From Candidatus Scalinduaceae bacterium (lineage in GTDB: Bacteria > Planctomycetota > Brocadiia > Brocadiales > Scalinduaceae), in NCBI GenBank assembly GCA_046759445.1, contig JBHICG010000076.1, forward strand, positions 1 to 14,260: 14,260 nt of DNA. The letters run 5' to 3'. A program made the position numbers and the translations under genes. The notes beneath the pieces were generated by a model. The model did not search any database, had not been told where the DNA came from, and saw only the letters and a program-made list of their open reading frames with translations. Shown here piece by piece: positions 5,940 to 14,260 of the stretch (within the stretch, counting starts at the first letter, position 1; every line of letters starts with the position of its first letter).

Positions 5940-8192
5940 TCATAAGAGCATATACGGATCAACATCTATTATAATTTGTACCTTTTTTGACCGTGTTTTT
6001 TCATTTACGATATCCTTTAAAACCATTCGCAAGTTTTCAATATTATTAGCCTTCACTATTATGTGCCATCTATATTTGTCTTTAACCCTGGTAATTGGCG
6101 CTGGTGCAGGACCTAAAATACTAACTTCTGCATTGTAACCGCCAGTCTGAGTCATTCTGGAGGATAATTTTATCGCTTTTTTCAATTTTTCTGAAAAACA
6201 TACGGATTTTTCTTCAACCTCTTCTTCTTTTTCCCCACGGAATACGATCCTTGCCATTCTTCCAAATGGAGGATAATAAAGCTGCTTTCTATATTCAAGT
6301 TCTTTTTTAGCAAATCCGTCATAATCATGTGAAGCCGCATATTTTATACTGTAATGTTCTGGATTAAACGTTTGAATGATAACCTCTCCCCCCTTAGAGC
6401 CCCTTCCAGTTCTTCCCGCTACTTGAGTAAGTAACTGAAATGTTCTCTCACTCGCTCGAAAATCAGGTAGATTAAGTATCGTGTCAGCAGAAAGAACACC
6501 AATCAGTGTGACATTTGGATAATCAAGACCTTTTGCTATCATTTGAGTGCCTAAAAGTATGTCTATATCGCCATTCTTAAAGGCTGATAACGCCTTTTCA
6601 TGAGCGTTTCGCCCCTTCATCGTATCGCTATCCATCCTTAAAAGTTCGTATTCAGGAAATTTAGCCCTAATTATTTCCTCTATCCTCTCAGTTCCAAATC
6701 CAAGAAAATTTATAGATGGTGAACAACATTCGGGACATTCTTTAGGAACGGATGCATACGAATAGCAATAATGGCATATTACGGCATCTTTCTTTTTGTG
6801 ATAAGTTAAAGATATGTCACACTTTTGACACTTTAGTACAAATCCACATCTTTTACAATTTATAAAAGATGAAAAACCTCGTCTGTTTAAGAATAATAAT
6901 ATTTGTTCCTTTTTAGAAAGGCGCTCTCTCATGCAATGTTCTAGATACCTAGATATACAGGATTGCTTTTTACTACCGAATATTTCACGTTTCATATCAA
7001 TTATTTTCACAGGAGGAAGTGGTTTGTGTCCAATCCGGTTTCTTAGTGTAACATATTCATACTTACCAATATTGGCATTATGATAACTCTCAAGAGATGG
7101 AGTAGCAGAGCCCAGGACAACCAGGGCATTTTCGTGCTCAGCTCTAAACAAACTTACATCACGAGTATTATAACGTGGAGGGCTTTCCTGTTTGAATGTA
7201 TTTTCGTGCTCTTCATCAATTACTATTAAGCCCAGGTTTTCTAAAGGAGCAAATACTGCTGAGCGTGCCCCAATAACAACATCAGCATTACCCTTCCTGA
7301 CCTCCCACCATTGGCTGCTCCGTTGCCTTCCAGTTAGACTGCTATGTAAGACGGCGACCTTGTCAAAACGAGACTTAAACCTCCCAATGGTTTGAGGTGT
7401 AAGAGATATCTCTGGTACCAATACTATAGCTCTTAAACCTAATCCAATCGCTTCCGATATTGCTTGAAGATAGACCTCAGTTTTACCGCTTCCTGTTACT
7501 CCTTTCAGCAGAATAGTACCAGGCTTTCTTTCCTTTAACTTTGTTTTTATAAGACCTATAGCCCTTTCTTGCTCCATTGTTGGTTGTAGATGGCATGTTC
7601 TTTCAAAGTGCTTGTTAGTAAAAATGGAGTCGTCAAATGTTCTTTTATAAAGATTGATTAACCCTCGATCTCGAAGTCTATAAATACTGGCCGCTCCGCA
7701 AGTGCTCGTACTTTCTAATTCCTTAACCGTCATTTCATGTTTCTTGCCGAGCACTTCAAGCGCCTTTGCCTGTTTTGGCGCTTTTCTTCTTAGCGTTGAG
7801 ATTACGTCTTTTATAAAAGCTTCATCTTTAGATAACCTTGCAACATTTATTGTCTTAGCACTAACGCCACGCCTTACAACAAAAGGTAGAAAAGTTTCCA
7901 GGGCTTCACCCCAACCACAAAAATAGAAATCGGCCAACCACTTTGCTATTTTCAGCATCTTGGGGCTTAAGATAGGATTTCTATCGACTACTTGTATTAT
8001 ATCCTTTGTTGTTTCAACTTCAGACAAATCTGTTAATCCGACACAATACCCTATGATTGTCCTACCTCTAAAAGGTACCTTAACCCTTTGCCCAATCCCT
8101 ACCTGATTCACAAATGTTGGTGGAATTTTATAGTGAAATTTTTTATTCAGAGGTATATCTAAAACAATTTCAGCAAAATTTTCATAAGCCAT
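5940..8192 (-). CDS. priA: Primosomal protein N' (replication restart helicase)
   Basis: GVTGSGKTEVY, LVPEISLTPQ, DEEH, four CxxC pairs, GTQMIAKGLD and QVAGRTGR. Confidence 0.98.
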   Translation of the reverse strand: MAYENFAEIVLDIPLNKKFHYKIPPTFVNQVGIGQRVKVPFRGRTIIGYCVGLTDLSEVETTKDIIQVVDRNPILSPKMLKIAKWLADFYFCGWGEALETFLPFVVRRGVSAKTINVARLSKDEAFIKDVISTLRRKAPKQAKALEVLGKKHEMTVKELESTSTCGAASIYRLRDRGLINLYKRTFDDSIFTNKHFERTCHLQPTMEQERAIGLIKTKLKERKPGTILLKGVTGSGKTEVYLQAISEAIGLGLRAIVLVPEISLTPQTIGRFKSRFDKVAVLHSSLTGRQRSSQWWEVRKGNADVVIGARSAVFAPLENLGLIVIDEEHENTFKQESPPRYNTRDVSLFRAEHENALVVLGSATPSLESYHNANIGKYEYVTLRNRIGHKPLPPVKIIDMKREIFGSKKQSCISRYLEHCMRERLSKKEQILLFLNRRGFSSFINCKRCGFVLKCQKCDISLTYHKKKDAVICHYCYSYASVPKECPECCSPSINFLGFGTERIEEIIRAKFPEYELLRMDSDTMKGRNAHEKALSAFKNGDIDILLGTQMIAKGLDYPNVTLIGVLSADTILNLPDFRASERTFQLLTQVAGRTGRGSKGGEVIIQTFNPEHYSIKYAASHDYDGFAKKELEYRKQLYYPPFGRMARIVFRGEKEEEVEEKSVCFSEKLKKAIKLSSRMTQTGGYNAEVSILGPAPAPITRVKDKYRWHIIVKANNIENLRMVLKDIVNEKTRSKKVQIIIDVDPYMLL

Positions 8193-8253
8193 TATAATAA
8201 AACCTCTTACTGAAAATCTAAGTTGAATTGAAAATCGATATTATTAAAATTCA

Positions 8254-8282
8254 ATCATAATAAAATAATAAGAAGGTGTCAA
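8254..8282 (-). promoter_or_regulatory. Sigma70-type promoter for the priA-guaB run
   Basis: TTGACA (8282-8277), 17-nt spacer, TATGAT (8259-8254), about 60 nt upstream of the priA ATG. Confidence 0.7.
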
Positions 8283-8344
8283 GACAAGCATATCTTGTTT
8301 TAAATTGATTTATCTCTTTGAGTTATAATATAATAAATCAACTA

Positions 8345-8968
8345 ATGAAGATAAAGGAGCGGCACATTATAGTATTTTCGATTGGTATGTTTGCAATTGC
8401 ACTATGGCTTTTTATTTCTCTGCCTTTTATTGGCACTAACAGGCGACACACAGTTACTGTAGACATTGAGGAATTGTGTAAGGTAGATATAGACAAAGTC
8501 GAATGGAAATACATAGTATTACATCATAGTGCTACTAATGAGGGTAATGCCCACACTTTCGACAGGTATCACACAGAAAAAAGGAAATGGTCGAACGGCT
8601 TAGCCTATCATTTCGTTATTGGAAACGGCACGCGTTCTGGAGATGGTGAGATTGAAGTGGGTAGTAGATGGAAAAAGCAGATTCATGGCGCTCACACAGC
8701 CAATATTGAACTTAATCGAGTTTCTATAGGTATCTGCTTAGTGGGCAATTTTGAAGATAGCAATGAACCTACATACAACCAGTTCGAATCACTGGTAAGT
8801 CTAGTTAATTATCTCTCCAATCGGTATAATATACCCAAATCAAACATCATCAGGCATAACCAGGTAGCTCAAAAAAATACCGCTTGTCCCGGGAAACATT
8901 TCCACTATCAAGATCTCATAAAAAGGTTAACAACTTTACAATCAACACAAATGCATAAAGAATTATAG
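8345..8968 (+). CDS. N-acetylmuramoyl-L-alanine amidase (Amidase_2/PGRP-like) with N-terminal membrane anchor
   Basis: IVLHHSAT, LAYHFVIGNG, GAH, SIGICLVGNF, RH and TACPG give the expected His/His/Cys zinc ligands. ATG 8345 is preferred over TTG 8318, but the start is uncertain. Confidence 0.9.
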   Translation: MKIKERHIIVFSIGMFAIALWLFISLPFIGTNRRHTVTVDIEELCKVDIDKVEWKYIVLHHSATNEGNAHTFDRYHTEKRKWSNGLAYHFVIGNGTRSGDGEIEVGSRWKKQIHGAHTANIELNRVSIGICLVGNFEDSNEPTYNQFESLVSLVNYLSNRYNIPKSNIIRHNQVAQKNTACPGKHFHYQDLIKRLTTLQSTQMHKEL

Positions 8969-9036
8969 ATCCATCAAATAAATTCCCAACTTTAAGGGCA
9001 AAACAAAGATAGCCCCATTCAAGAATCCCGAAAATA

Positions 9037-9111
9037 TGGCTCCCCGGGTAGGACTCGAACCTACAACCTAGTGGTTAACAGCCACCCACTCTACCATTGA
9101 GCTACCGGGGA
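9037..9111 (-). tRNA. tRNA-Asn (GTT)
   Basis: TCCCCGGTAGCTCAATGGTAGAGTGGGTGGCTGTTAACCACTAGGTTGTAGGTTCGAGTCCTACCCGGGGAGCCA. Full cloverleaf, GTT anticodon, G73, encoded CCA. Confidence 0.98.
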
Positions 9112-9139
9112 ACATAAATTTCTGATTTTAGATTTATAA

Positions 9140-9169
9140 AAGATATGCAGGCAAATACCTGTATGACAA
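9140..9169 (-). promoter_or_regulatory. Possible tRNA promoter overlapping a hairpin
   Basis: TTGTCA, 18-nt spacer, TATCTT. An imperfect inverted repeat at 9145-9164 could act as a terminator after accD. Confidence 0.35.
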
Positions 9170-9187
9170 ATTCTGCAATTTTAATAT

Positions 9188-10003
9188 TTAATTACCATTA
9201 CAGTAATCTAAGATTCCCGAAATCTCCTGCCTTATTTTACCACGCTCAACAATCAAATCAATAAAACCATGTTCTAATAAGAATTCAGACGTCTGAAATC
9301 CTTTAGGAAGTGTTTTCTTGATTGTTTCCTTTATAACTCTGGGGCCTGCAAATCCAACAAGTGCCCTTGGCTCGGCCATTATTATGTCAGCCTGTGCAGC
9401 AAAGCTTGCCATAACGCCACCTAATGTTGGATCTGTAAGTACAGAGATAAATAGCACCCCTGCCTCTTGAAGTCTGGATATAGCAGAACTGGTCTTTGCC
9501 ATTTGCATAAGAGAAAAGGCACCTTCGTGCATTCTTGCACCTCCTCCGGAACCCGATATTATAATAAGTGGCAATCTTAGTTCCAGTGCTTTTTCGGCAG
9601 CTCTCGTAATCTTTTCTCCCACCACTGATCCCATGCTTCCCATTATAAAACCCGGGTCCGTAACGGCAAAAACCACCTCTTTTCCTTCTATTGTTCCCTT
9701 TCCGACTGTTGCGGCTTCATTCAAGCCTGTTTTTTGTTGTTCATTTGTAATCCTACTTTTATAACTTATACGGTCTTTAAAATTTATTGGGTCCGCTGGC
9801 AACATATCTTTCCAGTATTCCTCAAAACTACCTTCATCAAGGGTAATTCTTATACGTTCAGTGGTTGATATTCTGAAGTGATGATTACATTCGGGACAAA
9901 TGTTATAGTTCTCTTCTACTTTCTTTTTATAAACTACATTGTTACATCCTTTACACCTTGTCCACAATCCATCAGGTATATTTCTTTTTTTTCTAAAAAA
10001 CAA
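9188..10003 (-). CDS. accD: Acetyl-CoA carboxylase carboxyltransferase beta subunit
   Basis: N-terminal C4 zinc finger, GSMGSVVGEKI, GGARMHEG and FAGPRVI. TTG start with GAGGG RBS. Confidence 0.97.
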   Translation of the reverse strand: MFFRKKRNIPDGLWTRCKGCNNVVYKKKVEENYNICPECNHHFRISTTERIRITLDEGSFEEYWKDMLPADPINFKDRISYKSRITNEQQKTGLNEAATVGKGTIEGKEVVFAVTDPGFIMGSMGSVVGEKITRAAEKALELRLPLIIISGSGGGARMHEGAFSLMQMAKTSSAISRLQEAGVLFISVLTDPTLGGVMASFAAQADIIMAEPRALVGFAGPRVIKETIKKTLPKGFQTSEFLLEHGFIDLIVERGKIRQEISGILDYCNGN

Positions 10004-10055
10004 CTATACACCCTCTTTTATTTTTAATATATAAGTTTGCTTCTAGTTTTAAGTG

Positions 10056-10736
10056 TCACCTTTTTATAAATAAGCGGCAGTTTTCCTGTGCTATCTGACG
10101 AAGTTCTTTTATCGCTTCTTTATAATCACTTTTGGCAAATATAGATGTTGCAGCTGCAAAAACATTTGCACCAGCAGATGCTGCTACTGATATTGTTTCA
10201 GGGTTTATACCACCATCTACCTCGATATCCAAATTTTCAGGTGCAATTTCCCTTAATTTTTTCAATTTGCCACATACATCGTTTATGAAGGACTGGCCTG
10301 TAAATCCTGGGTTAACTGTCATTACAAGAAGAACGTCAATAGATTCCAGTAATTCTTTAACAGCCTGTTCATCTGTGCCAGGATTAATGGCCACTCCAGC
10401 TCTTAATCCTTGAGACTTGATTAAACTTATAACATTTTGTGGGTTATTTGTCGTTTCAATATGAAAAGTTAGTATATCATTTTCCCCAGTCTTTCGTGTG
10501 AATGATTTCACATATTTATCTGGATTTTCAATCATGAGATGGATATCAAGGGGAATGCTTGTGTTTTTCTTTATTCCTTCAACGATAAATGGCCCCATCG
10601 TCAAATTTGGAACAAAATGTCCGTCCATAACGTCAACATGAATCAAGTCTATTCCTGCTCTCTCAACTCTCTCAATTTCACTCCCTAACTGTACCGGATC
10701 AGCAGCAAGAATTGAAGCTGCTATTTTTATTTGCAT
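10056..10736 (-). CDS. rpe: Ribulose-phosphate 3-epimerase
   Basis: HVDVMDGHFVPNLT, MTVNPGF.GQ and EVDGGI. Confidence 0.97.
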   Translation of the reverse strand: MQIKIAASILAADPVQLGSEIERVERAGIDLIHVDVMDGHFVPNLTMGPFIVEGIKKNTSIPLDIHLMIENPDKYVKSFTRKTGENDILTFHIETTNNPQNVISLIKSQGLRAGVAINPGTDEQAVKELLESIDVLLVMTVNPGFTGQSFINDVCGKLKKLREIAPENLDIEVDGGINPETISVAASAGANVFAAATSIFAKSDYKEAIKELRQIAQENCRLFIKR

Positions 10737-10764
10737 GTCAGAATTTAATGTATTAATGATATAT

Positions 10765-11961
10765 TTAGGAATTTGATTTATCAGTTAGAGCAGCAATTCC
10801 TGGTAATTCTTTACCCTCCAATAACTCTAAAAATGCTCCTCCTCCCGTTGATATAAAAGACACCTTGTATGATTCTCCCATCCTGTGGAAAGCGCGGTCT
10901 GTATCTCCACCTCCCACAATAGTTAATGCATATGCAGAAACAACCGATTCAACCATTGCATAGGTGCCTCTGCTAAAGGCATCTATCTCAAATGCTCCCA
11001 TCGGCCCATTCCAAATGATCGTCTTCGCATTTTGCATGGCTTCGGAAAAAAGTTTCACACTTGCCGGACCAATATCAAGGCCAAACCAATTGTCAGGAAT
11101 TTCCTGAAAGGTTACCACCTTTGTTTCAGCCCTTCCATCGAATTTTTCTGCTATTACAAAGTCCACTGGCAAATATATCTTAACACCTCTTTCTTTGGCA
11201 AGCTTGCTTATCATTAATACTTTTACTACTACATTATCTTCTACCTTTGCTTTACCCACTCCATATCCATCAACATTAAGAAAGGGAAATGCCATTGCAC
11301 CACCAATAATTAATTTGTCTACCTTTTTCACAAGATTTTCTATAATTTTTACCTTGTCTGAAACCTTCGCACCACCAATTATGGCTACCACAGGCCTCGA
11401 TGGATTATTGACTGCTTTCTCAAAATAATCAATTTCTTTTTTTAAAAGAAAGCCTGCTGCTGCCTGTGGAACAGCCCCATTTATACTTACCATTGAGGCG
11501 TGTGATCTATGACAATTCCCAAATGCTTCCTGTACAAATACATCACATGAACCTACTAATGATTTAGCAAACTCTAGATCATTTTCCTGTTCTTCCAGAT
11601 GAAAACGTAAGTTTTCAAGAAGCAATACGTCCCCATCCTCCATATCTCTAATCTGCTTTTCTACCTCATCACCAATACAATCTTTTGCCAATTTTACTTC
11701 TTTATTTAGGAGTCTTCGTAGTCTTTTTGCAATTGGTCTTAAACTAAGTTCTGGTATAATTTTTCCATTTGGTCTTCCAAGGTGAGAGGCAAGGATTATC
11801 TTAGCACCTTCATCAAGTAAAAAATTTATGGTAGGCAAGGTAGCTCTTATTCTGGCATCATCGGTAATATTCCCTTGCTCGTCAAGGGGAACATTATAAT
11901 CCACTCGCACAAATACCTTCTTACCTTTAAGGTCAAGATCTGTAATAAAAAGTTTTCCCAT
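10765..11961 (-). CDS. pgk: Phosphoglycerate kinase
   Basis: RVDYNVP, SHLGRP, LLENLRF, GGAKVSDK, WNGPMG and STGGGA. Confidence 0.98.
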   Translation of the reverse strand: MGKLFITDLDLKGKKVFVRVDYNVPLDEQGNITDDARIRATLPTINFLLDEGAKIILASHLGRPNGKIIPELSLRPIAKRLRRLLNKEVKLAKDCIGDEVEKQIRDMEDGDVLLLENLRFHLEEQENDLEFAKSLVGSCDVFVQEAFGNCHRSHASMVSINGAVPQAAAGFLLKKEIDYFEKAVNNPSRPVVAIIGGAKVSDKVKIIENLVKKVDKLIIGGAMAFPFLNVDGYGVGKAKVEDNVVVKVLMISKLAKERGVKIYLPVDFVIAEKFDGRAETKVVTFQEIPDNWFGLDIGPASVKLFSEAMQNAKTIIWNGPMGAFEIDAFSRGTYAMVESVVSAYALTIVGGGDTDRAFHRMGESYKVSFISTGGGAFLELLEGKELPGIAALTDKSNS

Positions 11962-11973
11962 CTCAAAAACCTT

Positions 11974-12978
<1,005 letters not shown>

Positions 12979-13466
12979 TTAAACTTCCTTTCGAATCGAA
13001 TATGATAGATAATTTGTTTTTTTATTCAAAATCAATTTCCACATTTTATAATAGTCGGTAAGTTCTTGTTTGCCTAAATATTAATTAATAGAGGGAGGAT
13101 TTGATTTCATGAAGGGCTAACCGTTGAATGGTAATATATTAACCCCCTTTTCCGCCGCTGATTCTCGTATTTGTTATTGTTTTACAAAGGGGTGTGGTAT
13201 ATTAAAAATCACAACGGTAAAATATAGTAAAATGGATTTTATCTCCATGTCACATTTCCATCACTTATTTTATGATATAATAATTGGATCACAAACGTTA
13301 TAATCCAAGCAAATTATTAAAGTTTTAAGACGTTTTATCGGAAAAATTGATATGTAGTACAAATTTTCTTGACAACGTATATTCTGTAAAGATCGTCTTT
13401 TTAAATATTAAATATTTTAAAAATTGAGCAAATACTTATTGATATGGCAAAAAAGGAAAGTAGCGG

Positions 13467-13494
13467 ATTCTAGCAAACAGTCATAATTTGTCAA
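13467..13494 (-). promoter_or_regulatory. Sigma70-type promoter facing gap
   Basis: TTGACA (13494-13489), 16-nt spacer, TAGAAT (13472-13467) with an extended -10 TG. Confidence 0.55.
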
Positions 13495-13612
13495 GTTTTT
13501 TTAAATTGAGCAATTTTATTAGTATATTTATTCTAGATCCATAATTTGGTAAATGTTATAGGATTCAAATCATAAGAAATTATAACTGCATAATAATTGG
13601 AAGACTTATTAT

Positions 13613-14209
13613 ATGAGAAGGTATGCAATGTTATTTTTACTACTCTCTAGCTGTGCAATGACAAAAAAAGCTGAGGTAAATCTTGACAGAGATTTTCCAC
13701 ATCATGAGATTCAAAAAATCGCAGTATTGATGTTCGAAACAACTTGGCAGAATAAGAGCAAAACTAAGCTAGCTTTTTCAAAATCTATTGTAAATCCAAA
13801 TGCAGGAATTGTTCTTACAAAAATAATATCTAAAGAACTAGCAAAATGGGGGAGATATGTGGTTTTGGACAGAAGGGCTTTAGAAGAAGGATTAAAATTA
13901 ATGAATCTTAACAATAAAGACTTTTTGCAGAAAGGAGATTATTTGAATTTGGGAAAATCACTAGGCATTGATGCCATTGTTATATGTAGGATTGAAAGAT
14001 TCGGCATTTCCTACAGAAGTTTATTATCCGGCTCATTCGTATCACTAACGGCAAAGGTTTCATTTCATGTTAACTGTATAGACATAATCACGAACAAAAC
14101 AATTTGGTCTATTAGGATTGATGGAAGTTCAAAGAAAGATGATGAAAAAATCTTAGCATCAAAACTTGTTGCAAAAGCTTTTGCAACACTCAATGCACAA
14201 ATAAAATAA
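13613..14209 (+). CDS. Putative lipoprotein, CsgG/TolB-N/GNA1162-like fold
   Basis: Lipobox LSSC, then KIAVL.F, Y.VLDR, LGK.LGIDAIV and a C-terminal 'D..T.K.IW' pattern. Family assignment is tentative. Confidence 0.7.
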   Translation: MRRYAMLFLLLSSCAMTKKAEVNLDRDFPHHEIQKIAVLMFETTWQNKSKTKLAFSKSIVNPNAGIVLTKIISKELAKWGRYVVLDRRALEEGLKLMNLNNKDFLQKGDYLNLGKSLGIDAIVICRIERFGISYRSLLSGSFVSLTAKVSFHVNCIDIITNKTIWSIRIDGSSKKDDEKILASKLVAKAFATLNAQIK

Positions 14210-14260
14210 TAGGCTTATCCGGTTGACTGCCGTTAGTTCAACATCTGGTGATTCTCGGTT

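Noticed and set aside
8318..9111. Prophage remnant (amidase as endolysin beside a tRNA)
   Set aside because: No integrase, holin, structural genes or att duplication.
13091..13120. Strong RBS-like GGGAGG followed by ATG on the plus strand
   Set aside because: It encodes only Met-Lys-Gly-stop, with no support as a gene.
13369..13397. Plus-strand TTGACA as a promoter
   Set aside because: No acceptable -10 hexamer at 16-18 nt spacing.
13711..13914. Minus-strand 67-aa ORF
   Set aside because: Antisense shadow of the lipoprotein gene.

Overview
AT-rich bacterial chromosomal window in two parts. (1) Positions ~2718-14260 are mostly housekeeping. One minus-strand run is gap-pgk-rpe-accD-tRNA-Asn(GTT). 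A second is priA-guaB-metallophosphoesterase-PEGA lipoprotein-SAM methyltransferase. A membrane-anchored Amidase_2 (PGRP-like) gene and a lipoprotein gene lie on the plus strand. The guaB product has eukaryote-type IMPDH signatures. Gene content and composition suggest a planctomycete such as an anammox Brocadiales member (inference only). (2) Positions 1-~2700 are an accessory array of short co-oriented units: hicAB, a pRiA4b ORF3-family gene, an uncharacterised two-gene module whose first gene has an internal stop (absent from the ORF track), and a PD-(D/E)XK nuclease-like gene that runs off the left edge (also absent). Each unit begins 7-30 nt after an integron-like GTT core, and two of these junctions share 15/16 nt. 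No attC hairpin or integrase is visible; most spacers instead carry REP-like palindromes, some apparently nested. This cassette-like array without attC is the best candidate for a new system, but it remains a hypothesis.
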